NCBI GenBank assembly: GCA_030698565.1
Contig: JAUYJS010000008.1
Coordinates: forward strand, 15,098 to 79,097
DNA from: Candidatus Shapirobacteria bacterium
Lineage (GTDB): Bacteria; Patescibacteriota; Microgenomatia; UBA12405
Length of the DNA stretch: 64,000 nucleotides
Reading direction: 5' to 3'
The notes beneath the pieces were generated by a model that worked only from the letters and a program-made list of their open reading frames with translations, did no database searches and was not told where the DNA came from. Shown here piece after piece: positions 49,161 to 59,645 of the stretch; the stretch's first letter is position 1; each line of letters begins with the position of its first letter. Position numbers and translations under genes: made by a program.

Positions 49161-52100
49161 ATGACTCAAGATATAAAATCAAAGCAGGTGATTTTATCTG
49201 TTCCCGATATGCACTGTCCTTCTTGTCCTAAATTAATTACTCTCGGCCTCAAGGATCAATCCGGAGTTATTTCTGTTAATGCTTCTTTGGAAAATAAACA
49301 AGTCGTTGTTAATTTTGATCCGGAAAAAATTAAAATCAACGATTTATTAGCCAACATAAAAGAATCTGGATATACAGCCATATCCAAAGAGAACGGAGAT
49401 ATGCCTGTTATCGAAAATGCACCACCTGAATTACCTACAAAAACAATTACTCCAACTACTGTTTCTGGTACCCAGGTTGCCCTTTTAAATTTAACTGGTA
49501 TGCACTGTTCTTCATGTGCTGGTTTAATTGAAAGGTCTCTTAAAAAAATACCCGGCGTGACTGAAGTCAATGTTAATTTTGCCTCGGAAAAAGCCCGGAT
49601 TGTTTACAATTCCAACACAACAAAGGTTGAAGATTTGATTAAAGGTGTCGAATCAGCTGGTTACCACGCCTCACAGCCTGGTGAAAAAGAAGAAAACCAG
49701 AAAGAAAAACGAGCCCACGAAATTAGTTATTGGTCCAAAAAATTTCTCCTAGGTCTGGTTTTGAGTTTACCCATGATTCTTTTCATGGTTTACGATTTCA
49801 CTAATGCCATTCCATTTAAGACCAGCATTATGCCTTACGCCGGAATTCTCTCACTGCTTTTATCCACCCCGGTTCTTTTTTATGTCGGATCAAACTTTTT
49901 CGCTGGTTTTTGGTCAGCCCTAAAAATGCGAACTTTTTCTATGGATTCGTTAATTGCTATCGGTACCGGTACTGCTTTCACCTACAGTCTTTACGAATTC
50001 ATTAAATATGCTTCTGAAACAGGTTCCATTATTGGTTTAAATGGCACAAAGGTTCCAGATCTTTATTTTGAAGTAGCGGCATTTTTAATCACCTTTGTTT
50101 CTTTAGGTAAATATCTTGAAGCCAAAGCCAAAGGCAAAACTTCCGAAGCGATTGAAAAACTCACAGGGTTAGCTCCTAAAACCGCCCGAGTTATGCGTCA
50201 AGGTCAACCAATCGATATCCCAGTAGAACAGGTCGTTGTGGGGGATATCATTGTTGTTCGTCCTGGTGAAAGAATTCCAGTTGATGGTGAGGTAGTTTCT
50301 GGTTATTCAGCTGTCGATGAATCGATCCTTACGGGTGAATCTTTACCTGTTGAAAAACAAATTGGGTCTAAAGTTTATACAGCTTCTATCAATAAAACCG
50401 GTTCCTTCGAATTTAAAACTACAAAAATTGGTGCCGACACAGCCTTAAGTCAAATCGTAAAATTAATTGAAGATGCCCAAGGGTCTAAGGCGCCAATCCA
50501 AGCTGTTGCCGACAAAATTTCTTCAATTTTCGTTCCAGTGGTTATTGGAATTGCCATTCTTACCTTCATAGTTTGGTATTTTTTACTTAGTGCCACTTTA
50601 ACCTTTTCTCTTTTAGCTTTTGTTGCTGTTATCGTTATTGCCTGTCCTTGCGCCTTAGGCTTAGCTACTCCGACTTCAATCATGGTCGGAACTGGCAAAG
50701 GGGCCGAATATGGTGTTTTGATAAAAGGTGGTGAACCTTTAGAAATGGCTGAAAAAATCAAGGCCATCGTCTTTGACAAAACTGGTACCCTAACTAAGGG
50801 TAAACCAGAAGTAACCGACTTTATAAATTACCTGCCAGGTGATCAAACTATTCTTTCAGTTTTGTATTCAATTGAACAAAAAAGCGAGCATCCCTTGGCC
50901 GAAGCCATTGTTCGTTATGGTCAAAATACTGGTGCTGTTAATTATGCCATTGAAGACTTTCAAGCCATCCCAGGTCATGGTGTCAAAGCCACCGTTAATG
51001 GGCAAGTCTATTTTGTAGGTAATCGTAAACTTTTGGAAATCAACCAAATTCCTCTAACTTCTGGTTATGACATGGAAAGATTAGAAAACGATGGTAAAAC
51101 CGCCATGGTCATAGCTAATCAAGAAAAAGTTTTAGGTTTAATTGCTGTAGCCGATCAAGTTAAAGAATCATCTGCTTCAGTTGTCTCCAAGCTAACAAAA
51201 ATGGGTATAACTGTTTATATGATTACTGGCGACAACCGTCGTACAGCTGATGCAATCGCTAAACAGGTCGGTATTACTAATGTATTAGCTGAAGTTTTAC
51301 CTCAAAATAAAGCTGAGGAAGTTAAAAAGCTTCAAGATTCTGGTATTAAAGTTGCCATGGTTGGTGATGGTATTAATGACGCTCCAGCTCTAACTCAAGC
51401 TGATTTAGGTATAGCCATGGCCTCTGGTGCCGATATTGCCATGGAATCAGGAAATATTGTAATAATGACCAACGACTTAAACGGCGTTTTAACTGCCATA
51501 AGTCTATCGCGGGAAACTGTTGGTAAAATTCGTCAAAACATGTTTTTTGCCTTATTTTATAACGTCTTAGGTATCCCGATTGCAGCCCGCGCCTTAGCTT
51601 TTATGGGTCTTATTCTTAAGCCTGAGCTAGCTGGCTTGGCTATGGCATTGTCTTCAGTTTCAGTTGTGACCAATTCTTTAACCCTAAAATTATTTAAGCC
51701 AGGTAAATTCAATTGGATTTCTCGTTTAGCCCCTTTTGTTATGGTGGGTCTATTTTTAGGTGTATTTATCGAATTTGCTCGATTTTCTTCCCAAATGGGA
51801 GGATTAGAGTCTGGGGCCAAATCTGGGCCGGCTGCCTATATTCAAAAAGCTCCAGTTATTAAAACAGTCATAAATAGGCTTTTGGTCGACAATGCTTCCA
51901 AGATTGGTTTTGCGGAAAACCTCCCTAAGTTATTTATAGGTGTCAACAAATTACCTGAATCAATAATGCTAGCCGAGGGCTCCTCCGATCTTTCAGAACA
52001 GGGAAGTGTCATTTTAGGTGCCAAAGAAGCTGCCATGATGACAGAAGAAGGTTTAATTAGTGGTATCAATTCTGAGATCCCTGACTTTTTCGGGCTACCC

Positions 52101-52544
52101 AAATTAAAAGTTGTCGGCATCCTGGCTCCTACTGGCACGATTCTAGACGAATATCATATCTTTAGTAAAGATAGCTTAGAAGGTTTAACCAAAGCTAATA
52201 ATGATTTTCTAATTACAGAAACTCCCCTAGAAGACCTTAAACTTTTTTATCTTTATGACAGTGCCAATATCCCTAAGGCTTTAGATTCACTTATCAACCC
52301 AGCCAAAACTTCATATACGATTGATGGAACTAAATATCTTTCGACCGTAATTGGTTATGATGAGGCCAAAATGATGATTAAAGAAAAACTTTTCCAAAAA
52401 AAGTTTGACACCATCAAAGATATTTTTGGCAACAATATTATAATTACCGGTCTTCCTAAAAAGACTCTTACTAGTCTTGATATGATGCACTTTGTACCCA
52501 GGGAATTTAAAGATAATTTTATTTCCACCTCTGAAAATAAATAA
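49161..52544 (+). CDS. copA: Cu(I)-translocating P1B-ATPase with two HMA domains and an extra C-terminal domain
   Basis: [46 protein letters not shown]; start at MTQDIK. Confidence 0.93.
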   Translation: MTQDIKSKQVILSVPDMHCPSCPKLITLGLKDQSGVISVNASLENKQVVVNFDPEKIKINDLLANIKESGYTAISKENGDMPVIENAPPELPTKTITPTTVSGTQVALLNLTGMHCSSCAGLIERSLKKIPGVTEVNVNFASEKARIVYNSNTTKVEDLIKGVESAGYHASQPGEKEENQKEKRAHEISYWSKKFLLGLVLSLPMILFMVYDFTNAIPFKTSIMPYAGILSLLLSTPVLFYVGSNFFAGFWSALKMRTFSMDSLIAIGTGTAFTYSLYEFIKYASETGSIIGLNGTKVPDLYFEVAAFLITFVSLGKYLEAKAKGKTSEAIEKLTGLAPKTARVMRQGQPIDIPVEQVVVGDIIVVRPGERIPVDGEVVSGYSAVDESILTGESLPVEKQIGSKVYTASINKTGSFEFKTTKIGADTALSQIVKLIEDAQGSKAPIQAVADKISSIFVPVVIGIAILTFIVWYFLLSATLTFSLLAFVAVIVIACPCALGLATPTSIMVGTGKGAEYGVLIKGGEPLEMAEKIKAIVFDKTGTLTKGKPEVTDFINYLPGDQTILSVLYSIEQKSEHPLAEAIVRYGQNTGAVNYAIEDFQAIPGHGVKATVNGQVYFVGNRKLLEINQIPLTSGYDMERLENDGKTAMVIANQEKVLGLIAVADQVKESSASVVSKLTKMGITVYMITGDNRRTADAIAKQVGITNVLAEVLPQNKAEEVKKLQDSGIKVAMVGDGINDAPALTQADLGIAMASGADIAMESGNIVIMTNDLNGVLTAISLSRETVGKIRQNMFFALFYNVLGIPIAARALAFMGLILKPELAGLAMALSSVSVVTNSLTLKLFKPGKFNWISRLAPFVMVGLFLGVFIEFARFSSQMGGLESGAKSGPAAYIQKAPVIKTVINRLLVDNASKIGFAENLPKLFIGVNKLPESIMLAEGSSDLSEQGSVILGAKEAAMMTEEGLISGINSEIPDFFGLPKLKVVGILAPTGTILDEYHIFSKDSLEGLTKANNDFLITETPLEDLKLFYLYDSANIPKALDSLINPAKTSYTIDGTKYLSTVIGYDEAKMMIKEKLFQKKFDTIKDIFGNNIIITGLPKKTLTSLDMMHFVPREFKDNFISTSENK

Positions 52545-52556
52545 TCTATATAAAGT

Positions 52557-52970
52557 ATGAAAATTCCACCAAATTTAATACTTATTACTATTCTTATTGT
52601 TGGTGGATTTTTATTATTAAAATCTCCCACTGTTGTGACTACAACCAATCCAATATTAGAGGTAACTCCGACAACAGTTCCGGTTACAGACAAAGTACAA
52701 ATTTTAAAAGCCACATATGGACCACCAACAGGTTTTTACCCCATAGAATTTACTGTTAAAGCTGGTCAGCCAGTTCGACTTGAAGTTTTAGCCACTGAAA
52801 ACGGTCGTGGATGTATGGGAAGTATTATGGTTCCGGATTTTCTTCCTGACGATATTCAGTTTTTTACAAAAGGGGAAACAAATGTTTTTGAATTTACACC
52901 CACTATCCCAGGGGAATACCAAATAACCTGTGGCATGGGCATACCCCACGCTAGTTTAGTCGTTAAATGA
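52557..52970 (+). CDS. Membrane-anchored cupredoxin-domain protein
   Basis: VKAGQPVRL, GC, PGEYQITCGMG. Confidence 0.85.
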   Translation: MKIPPNLILITILIVGGFLLLKSPTVVTTTNPILEVTPTTVPVTDKVQILKATYGPPTGFYPIEFTVKAGQPVRLEVLATENGRGCMGSIMVPDFLPDDIQFFTKGETNVFEFTPTIPGEYQITCGMGIPHASLVVK

Positions 52971-52972
52971 CC

Positions 52973-53236
52973 TTATTTCTCAGTTATCTTGTTATAAAGC
53001 CAACCCGTCGAACAAACAACTATCCAGGTCATGGCTGCATAAAATACAGCACCAAAAAGCATTTCTGGAATATTTAAAACAGTTACTTGTAAATCAGTCA
53101 ATTTAATTCCATGAAAAGCCATTGAGTACATTCTAAAAGAAATTTCAGGAAATAAATTTGTGATTACCGAGCACAACAAAAAATAAACAAATGTTACCGC
53201 CGCTGCTGCAATTGCTAAGATTCTATGCCTAATCAT
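52973..53236 (-). CDS. Small 2-TM membrane protein (DUF5676-like)
   Basis: YFLLC...FHGI...GWLYN pattern seen beside copper operons. Confidence 0.65.
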   Translation of the reverse strand: MIRHRILAIAAAAVTFVYFLLCSVITNLFPEISFRMYSMAFHGIKLTDLQVTVLNIPEMLFGAVFYAAMTWIVVCSTGWLYNKITEK

Positions 53237-53272
53237 TTAAATATTAATTAATAATTAAAAAAAAACGGTTAC

Positions 53273-53288
53273 CTACTATAAAGTGTAG
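53273..53288. promoter_or_regulatory. Degenerate BlaI/CopY operator
   Basis: CTACTATAaagTGTAG between divergent genes. Confidence 0.45.
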
Positions 53289-53333
53289 AATTACCTTAAG
53301 GAATTATCAACAGTTAAATTACTAGAATAAATT

Positions 53334-55364
53334 ATGGATCATTCAAAACATCAAATGCACGATATGTCCCACATAGACCATGAATCAGCCATGACCAATC
53401 CGAAAATGGCTGAGTTTATGGAAAAAGACATGCGTAACCGTTTCTTTTGGTCGTTACTTCTAACTATCCCCACGCTTTTGTTTACTTATCTTCCAATACC
53501 AACCGTAATCCCTAAAAACTGGTTATTAATGCTTTTGGTGACTCCAGTTGTCTTTAAATTTGGGTCGATTTTCCCTGTCGGTGCTTACGAAGCACTTAAA
53601 AAGAAAACTCTAAACATGATGGTTTTAATTGCCATCGGAGTATTAGCTGCCTACATTTTTAGCGTGGTAATAACTTTGTTCATTGGCGGTGAAACTTTTT
53701 TTGAAGCCGCGGCCATGTTGGTAACTTTTGTTCTCTTTGGCCATTGGATGGAGATGAAATCTCGTCGGGGAACATCAGACGCTCTTCGAGCTTTATTTGA
53801 TTTGGTTCCGCCACAGGCGCGAGTCTTTAGAGGTGGACAAGAATTAGTTATCTCTACTGCCGATGTTTTAATTGGTGATATTGTGATTCTTAAACCAGGC
53901 GATAAAGTTCCAGTTGATGGAGAAGTAGTTGAAGGCGAGACATCTATCGATGAATCTTTAGTAACTGGAGAATCGATTCCAGTTGAGAAAAAAGTTGGTG
54001 ATTTAGTCATTGGCGGATCGATCAATCAAATGGGATCACTTAAATTTAAGGCCATCAAGGTCGGTGCCGATACTGCTCTGGCACAAATCGTCAAACTGGT
54101 AGAAACCGCTCAAAATTCCAAAGCCCCAGGGCAAAGAATTGCCGACAAAGCTGCTCAATATTTAGTAATTTTAGCTATTGGATCAGGACTAATTACATTT
54201 ATAGTTTGGTATTTTGTACTAGGTCAATCATTATTATTTGCTTTAACTTTTGCTATTTCGGCTGTAGTCATTGCTTGTCCCGATGCCCTAGGACTGGCTA
54301 CCCCCACTGTCGTGGCTGTTGGTACTGGTTTGGGCGCTAAACATAATATTTTGATTAAAGATGCCACCACACTCGAACAAGTATCCAAAATTAATACTGT
54401 AGTGATGGACAAAACCGGGACTTTAACTGAAGGAAAACCAATTGTGACTCAAGTGATTGCGGCCAAAGGATTTACTGAAGATCAGGTCTTGATGTACGAT
54501 GCAGCGGTTGAAAAAATGTCGGGTCATCCATTAAGTAAAGCAATTCTTTCTGAAGTAGAAAAACGCAAACTGTCAATTTCAAATGACGTCAAAAACTTTA
54601 AAGCAATTTCCGGTCATGGAGTTGAGGCTATAGTTGATGGCAAACAGATAATCGTTGGCAATTTAAAACTAATTAAAGACAGGGGGATTGACATAGCCCC
54701 AATAGAATTATCGGTTCAAAAGCTTTTAAATGAAGGTAATACAATTATGTTATTGGCTATGGACAACAAGATTGCCGGAGTTGTTGGTGTCGCCGACCCA
54801 ATCAAAAAAAGCTCATATATCGCCGTTAAAAAGATGCAGGAAATAGGGATTGAAGTGGCTATGATTACCGGAGACAATCAAAAAACTGCAGATAATATTG
54901 GTAAAACTTTAGGAATTACTAGAATATTTGCCGAAGTGTTACCAGAAGATAAAGCCAATTATATTAAGAAACTCCAGAATGAGGGTAAATTTGTGGCCAT
55001 GGTTGGAGACGGAGTCAATGATGCACCAGCCCTCGCCCAAGCAAATATTGGTATTGCTATTGGCGCAGGAACTGACGTGGCTATTGAAACAGCTAATGTC
55101 GTCCTAATGAAGTCAGACCCATTAGATATTTTAAGAGCCATTCGATTAAGCAAAGCTACTGTCCGAAAAATGAAAGAAAATCTGGTTTGGGCCAGTGTTT
55201 ATAATGTTTTAGCCATTCCTATTGCCGCCGGAATATTATATCCAAGCATGGGTATAACTCTTCGTCCTGAAGTTTCAGCATTATTAATGTCTGTTTCTTC
55301 AATTATCGTGGCTACTAATGCAGTTTTATTGAAACGTGCGGAAAAGAATTTAATTACTATATGA
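53334..55364 (+). CDS. Heavy-metal (copper) P1B-ATPase with His/Met-rich N-terminus and a CPD motif
   Basis: MDHSKHQMHDMSHIDH, TGES, IACPDALGLA, DKTGT, GDGVNDAP, YN, MSVSS. Confidence 0.93.
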   Translation: MDHSKHQMHDMSHIDHESAMTNPKMAEFMEKDMRNRFFWSLLLTIPTLLFTYLPIPTVIPKNWLLMLLVTPVVFKFGSIFPVGAYEALKKKTLNMMVLIAIGVLAAYIFSVVITLFIGGETFFEAAAMLVTFVLFGHWMEMKSRRGTSDALRALFDLVPPQARVFRGGQELVISTADVLIGDIVILKPGDKVPVDGEVVEGETSIDESLVTGESIPVEKKVGDLVIGGSINQMGSLKFKAIKVGADTALAQIVKLVETAQNSKAPGQRIADKAAQYLVILAIGSGLITFIVWYFVLGQSLLFALTFAISAVVIACPDALGLATPTVVAVGTGLGAKHNILIKDATTLEQVSKINTVVMDKTGTLTEGKPIVTQVIAAKGFTEDQVLMYDAAVEKMSGHPLSKAILSEVEKRKLSISNDVKNFKAISGHGVEAIVDGKQIIVGNLKLIKDRGIDIAPIELSVQKLLNEGNTIMLLAMDNKIAGVVGVADPIKKSSYIAVKKMQEIGIEVAMITGDNQKTADNIGKTLGITRIFAEVLPEDKANYIKKLQNEGKFVAMVGDGVNDAPALAQANIGIAIGAGTDVAIETANVVLMKSDPLDILRAIRLSKATVRKMKENLVWASVYNVLAIPIAAGILYPSMGITLRPEVSALLMSVSSIIVATNAVLLKRAEKNLITI

Positions 55365-55447
55365 AAACAATAAAAATAACCGCGATTCTCACCTGTCCCG
55401 AATGTAATAAAGCGCAATCAGTTATAATGTCCCTTAAAACAACTTGA
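55361..55447 (+). pseudogene. Truncated GDCCVxC-family-like small protein (N-terminal half only)
   Basis: MKTIKITAILTCPECNKAQSVIMSLKTT-TGA; ATGA overlap with the ATPase stop codon. Confidence 0.45.
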
Positions 55448-55463
55448 AGGTACAAAAAAAGAT

Positions 55464-56309
55464 TTATTTTAATGCCGCATCAGCCACTGACTTCATATCA
55501 GTCCAGCTATATGCTCCAGCAAAGTTGGTCGAATTTAGATAAAATCCAGGAGTTCCGTTTACACCCAAGGAAGTCGCTAATGCAGAATCTTCAGCTAAAC
55601 GGGTATTATATTTGCCACTATCAAGACATTTCTTTAATTCACTTTTATTAACAGCAGATGCTAAGAAATCGGCTACCTGCTGCGATTTAGTGGCATCGTT
55701 TTTGACTTCGTCATTGATTAGTGTATAACCCTTGGCCGACATTAAAAGATCATGTGCTTGCCAAAACTTACCTTGATCAAAGGCACAATAAAGAGCCTTT
55801 GTTCCTAGTTCTCCGTTCCCGTGACCATTCGTATAAATCCACACAAAATCTGCTTTTCCTTGATCAATTAATTTTTTCATTTCCAAAATAGGTGGTACGT
55901 AAGTTCCACCCTGTGAAACTAATTTGAATTGTGGTCCCATTTGAGCTCCAATTTCAGTATTGGCTCCAGAGGCGACGCCGCAATAAGGACAGCTCGGATC
56001 CGATACTTCCACCATTAATAATTTTTTATCACCTTTACCAAATTTAATTACATTTTTAGAAAACAGACCCTTGATGGTTTCTTGTGATATTTGAGGTTTA
56101 CCTGGTACTTGTTGGGCTGGTTGAGGATCATTGACCGTCGGGTTGGCTACTACAGTAGCTTGATCACCATATTTGCTTTTCCCAAAAAGATACCCAACAG
56201 CAAAAGACAGAAGTATTATAAGCAAGGAAAAAAAATAAAGCATACTCTTATCTACCACTAATGGAGTAGGTGAATTATATCTTGTTGGTTGATTACTTTT
56301 TCTTATCAT
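55464..56309 (-). CDS. DsbA/thioredoxin-fold membrane-anchored oxidoreductase
   Basis: TM, SDPSCPYC, GKFWQAHD, GVNGTPGF. Confidence 0.9.
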   Translation of the reverse strand: MIRKSNQPTRYNSPTPLVVDKSMLYFFSLLIILLSFAVGYLFGKSKYGDQATVVANPTVNDPQPAQQVPGKPQISQETIKGLFSKNVIKFGKGDKKLLMVEVSDPSCPYCGVASGANTEIGAQMGPQFKLVSQGGTYVPPILEMKKLIDQGKADFVWIYTNGHGNGELGTKALYCAFDQGKFWQAHDLLMSAKGYTLINDEVKNDATKSQQVADFLASAVNKSELKKCLDSGKYNTRLAEDSALATSLGVNGTPGFYLNSTNFAGAYSWTDMKSVADAALK

Positions 56310-56355
56310 ACTAGATTCTATTAACGCTAGCCAAAAATGTCAAGAAGGTAATGTG

Positions 56356-56370
56356 CTACAATAGGTAGTA
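56356..56370. promoter_or_regulatory. Degenerate BlaI operator overlapping the -10 box of the second repressor
   Basis: CTACAataGGTAGTA. Confidence 0.55.
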
Positions 56371-56371
56371 T

Positions 56372-56740
56372 ATGGTAAAAACCGATCTTTTAGGTTCACT
56401 TGAGCAAAAAATCATGGATATTTTATGGACTGCCAAAACTCCCCAAAAACCAGCCCAAGTTCTAAAAAAACTTAAGGGAAAATACGCCTACACCACTATT
56501 ATGACTGTTCTAAAACGGATGAACGATAAGTGTGTTTTAGAAAGAAAATTAATTGGTAAGGTTTATTTTTATTCCCCCTTAGCCAATAAAGAAAAATTTA
56601 TTAAATCTAATTTGTCGGGAATTTTTGATGAATTAGTTGGTTCTTATGGCCACCTCGCCATCTCACAATTTGTCGATTCTATAAAAAATAATAAAGATGA
56701 TTTAAAATTACTTCAAAAATATTTAAGTCAAAACAAATGA
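56372..56740 (+). CDS. BlaI/MecI/CopY family repressor
   Basis: LGSLEQKIMDILW, YTTIMTVLKRM; paralog of 46982-47350. Confidence 0.92.
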   Translation: MVKTDLLGSLEQKIMDILWTAKTPQKPAQVLKKLKGKYAYTTIMTVLKRMNDKCVLERKLIGKVYFYSPLANKEKFIKSNLSGIFDELVGSYGHLAISQFVDSIKNNKDDLKLLQKYLSQNK

Positions 56741-57693
56741 ACTCAAAAAGTTTAAACAGTTTTCGTAACCTTTTTTTCTTTTTAATTGTCAGTCTCGGTT
56801 TAATTTACACTTTAATACTAGTCAAAGGTTTAGGTCGGTCAATGTCGGGCTTTGTTATGCAACTAATTTTTCTTTTAGACATTTTAAAAACCCAACCACT
56901 TCTTTCATTAAAATTAATATTTTCATCCCAGTTCGTTTTTAATGTTGGTTTTGGTTTTACTATTTTATTTCTCAGCCTTAAATATTTAAACGCCTTACTT
57001 CGCTCATTATTAAACTTTAATTTAACTCAAAAAACCATAAAAAATTTAATAATTATTAAATCAAACAAGAAATATTTTATTTTTAAATCAACTCAACCCC
57101 AAGCTTTTACTGTCGGATTTTTCTTACCCAAAATTTATATTTCTACATCTCTTATTAGAAAAAGTACAGACATTGAACTTAAGGCTGTATATCGGCATGA
57201 ATTAAAACATAAAATGAACTTAGATCCACTAAAAGATTTTATTATTAATTTTATTTCACTATCACTTCCCCCATTTTTTGGTAAAAAAAAGTTTTTTGGT
57301 CAATATTCTGCCCTCGTGGAAATTAATTGTGACTCTTTTGCCCAATTAAAACTTAAAAGTAGTCTTCCTTTAGTTTCTGCCTTGCTCAAAACAACATCTT
57401 CTCATTCAGTAATCTTGGAAACCGCCGCTTATTTTTCTAGTCAAAGTGAAAGAATAAAAGTCTTGGTCGGTGAAAGTCGACTAAAAATTAAACAACTATT
57501 TTTAATGAATTCATTCATTTTAGTTTTTGCCATATTTAGTTTAAATCTGGTTACTAACACCAATCTTTTTTATAACTGCGAGCACGTACTTAAATGTGTC
57601 CAAATCTTTTTATCCGAGAATAAGCAAACTAAATTAGTTAATTCTTCACCTGTTTCAGTTTCTCCAGTTATGGACCATTGTCCCCAATGCTAA
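56737..57693 (+). CDS. M56 family (BlaR1-like) membrane metallopeptidase without a penicillin-binding domain
   Basis: AFTVGFFLPKIYIS, HELKH, EINCD; ATGA overlap with blaI. Confidence 0.88.
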   Translation: MNSKSLNSFRNLFFFLIVSLGLIYTLILVKGLGRSMSGFVMQLIFLLDILKTQPLLSLKLIFSSQFVFNVGFGFTILFLSLKYLNALLRSLLNFNLTQKTIKNLIIIKSNKKYFIFKSTQPQAFTVGFFLPKIYISTSLIRKSTDIELKAVYRHELKHKMNLDPLKDFIINFISLSLPPFFGKKKFFGQYSALVEINCDSFAQLKLKSSLPLVSALLKTTSSHSVILETAAYFSSQSERIKVLVGESRLKIKQLFLMNSFILVFAIFSLNLVTNTNLFYNCEHVLKCVQIFLSENKQTKLVNSSPVSVSPVMDHCPQC

Positions 57694-57744
57694 ATAACAA
57701 CCATCTGTTTTGCTCTAACTCCTAGTAAATAGTATAATAAACGT

Positions 57745-57885
57745 ATGATGTTTCCTTATTTTTATGGTTCTGAGTTTGGTACTATGGGTATTTGGTTTAT
57801 TTTAAGTATTTTAACCTGGGCCGGTTTTTTAATTCTTTTATTCTTATTGATAGTTTATTTGCTTAAACGAATTCGCCAACAGTAA
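57745..57885 (+). CDS. Small single-TM protein (46 aa)
   Basis: Manual translation MMFPYFYGSEFGTMGIWFILSILTWAGFLILLFLLIVYLLKRIRQQ*; TATAAT 6 nt upstream. Confidence 0.65.
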   Translation: MMFPYFYGSEFGTMGIWFILSILTWAGFLILLFLLIVYLLKRIRQQ

Positions 57886-57898
57886 AAACTCTTTAATA

Positions 57899-57913
57899 AC
57901 TACATATTGTAGT
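57899..57913. promoter_or_regulatory. BlaI/CopY-type operator palindrome
   Basis: ACTACAtatTGTAGT, next to TATAAT. Confidence 0.7.
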
Positions 57914-57965
57914 ATATAATTATCTATTGCTTATTCTCTTATAAATTAACCTGTTAAAATAAACT

Positions 57966-58424
57966 ATGTTTTTAGTTAACCCAGCTTATGCCCAATGTCC
58001 GGTTTGTATTGTTACTGTTGGCGGTGGTATGTTTATCGCCAGAAAGCTAGGCGTAGACGATTTATTGGTTTCTACATGGATTGCAGCTTTAAATGTAGCC
58101 GCTTCTTTTTGGTTGGCTCCAAAAATAAAAAATAGAATATTGGGCAACCCGGTTATATTTTCCTTATTAATGCTCGGTTTCACTTTTTTTTATTTTTATA
58201 CTACAAAACAAATCGGTCTCCTTCATAGCAAAATTTTAGGAGTAGATAAAATTATTTTAGGTCAAATCATTGGAACCTTAATTATGTTTTTAGGCATCTT
58301 TATTGATCGTTTTTCTCGGATTAAAAACGGTGGTAAAATTCTTTTCCCTTACCAGAAAGTCATTTTTCCTATAGGTTCGCTTTTAATTATTACTCTTATT
58401 TTTAAATTTGCCTTCAATCTTTAA
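57966..58424 (+). CDS. Membrane protein with an N-terminal CxxC
   Basis: AYAQCPVC, about 4 TMs, LFPYQKV. Confidence 0.8.
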   Translation: MFLVNPAYAQCPVCIVTVGGGMFIARKLGVDDLLVSTWIAALNVAASFWLAPKIKNRILGNPVIFSLLMLGFTFFYFYTTKQIGLLHSKILGVDKIILGQIIGTLIMFLGIFIDRFSRIKNGGKILFPYQKVIFPIGSLLIITLIFKFAFNL

Positions 58425-58437
58425 TATATAATCAACT

Positions 58438-58989
58438 ATGATCAACAACACTGACATCGATCAATTCATGTCCAAAATTAAAAAACTAGAAAAAGGCGAA
58501 CAACTAGATTTATCCTCAGACGAGGATTTATCTATAGCCATCATGAATTTAATTTCCATTGAAGAACATTTATTTTTCTCAGGCAACAAAACCGGCGATA
58601 ATAAATATTTTGATTTAATCAACGAAATTAGGGAAATGAGAAAAGGCCTTTTGAAAATGATTATCAAAGATTATGAAGGGGAAGTTTGGTGTATTAGCAA
58701 GCATCTCCTCGCTGCTTCAATGCGTCTCATGGAAGTGGGGACTAAAGCCCAAACCAAAGGCAATCAAGCCAAAGCCAATGAATTATTTAAAAAATCTTAT
58801 GATTTATACAATCTCTTTTGGGGTCTAAATTTAGGTATGGTTAAAAACAGCGATCTAAAATCATCTCCAAGCAAAGCTTTAGTTCAGGACATTGACGACA
58901 AAGAAGCTCCAATTTCTTATTCTAAAAATGAATTTTTAGGTAAAGTCAGTAGTGTTATTGGTAAGATTTTGGATTGTTGCCGGGAATAA
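58438..58989 (+). CDS. Conserved hypothetical protein ending in DCCRE
   Basis: MNLISIEEH, WCISKHLL, terminal vicinal CC. Confidence 0.8.
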   Translation: MINNTDIDQFMSKIKKLEKGEQLDLSSDEDLSIAIMNLISIEEHLFFSGNKTGDNKYFDLINEIREMRKGLLKMIIKDYEGEVWCISKHLLAASMRLMEVGTKAQTKGNQAKANELFKKSYDLYNLFWGLNLGMVKNSDLKSSPSKALVQDIDDKEAPISYSKNEFLGKVSSVIGKILDCCRE

Positions 58990-58997
58990 TTCCACAC

Positions 58998-59645
58998 TTA
59001 TATTTTAGCTATTTCTTTTAATTTTTCCAAATTTTTGACGGCTATTCTTCGTCCCACAGCTGAAATATAACCTTCTTTTTGCAGTTTTAAAATCTGCAAA
59101 GTTACTGTTTCTCTGGTTAATCCGGTCATACTAGCAATCATTCGATGTGGAGTATTAAAATTAATTGTGACCCCTTTTCTGTTTGGTTCACCAAACTTAT
59201 TAGACATAGAATATATTAGTCCGGCAATTTTAGTATAAGCATCTCCAAAAACCAATTGCTGCATACTATCAGTTAGTTCCATAAATTCAGACCACATAGT
59301 TCGGCTTAACTTATCAAATAATTCTTTGTCACTTCTAATAAAATTTAAGGTCTCTTCCTTTGGTGCTACCCAAATTTCCAAAGGGCTAATAGATTCAAAA
59401 TAATATTTATTTTTTTCGCCTGTTAAAGCCGTTATCATAGAAACTGTAAAAAGAGGTTTGAATAATGGTAAAGTAATCTCTCGACCATCTTTGGACACAG
59501 TATAAACTCTCGAATAACCACTTTTTTCAAAAACAATTCCTGATATTTCTTCGTCTGGACTAAAAACAATTCTTCCTTTTTTAAACTTTATAAGTTTGTG
59601 TTTTTTAAAGTAAGCAACCAGTTTTTTCTTGATTATTTCGTTCAT
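58998..59645 (-). CDS. Crp/Fnr family transcriptional regulator
   Basis: cNMP-binding-like N-terminus; HTH IASMTGLTRETVT. Confidence 0.9.
   Translation of the reverse strand: MNEIIKKKLVAYFKKHKLIKFKKGRIVFSPDEEISGIVFEKSGYSRVYTVSKDGREITLPLFKPLFTVSMITALTGEKNKYYFESISPLEIWVAPKEETLNFIRSDKELFDKLSRTMWSEFMELTDSMQQLVFGDAYTKIAGLIYSMSNKFGEPNRKGVTINFNTPHRMIASMTGLTRETVTLQILKLQKEGYISAVGRRIAVKNLEKLKEIAKI

Noticed and set aside
49256-55417. Multiple antisense ORFs of 60-125 aa over the ATPases (similar ones lie over virB4, the M23 gene and the flippase)
   Set aside because: Shadow frames of well-supported genes, with no motifs of their own
55445-55447. UGA reassignment (genetic code 25 or 4) in this genome
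   Set aside because: dedA, yidC, rnpA and others end properly at TGA, and long ORFs are intact under code 11
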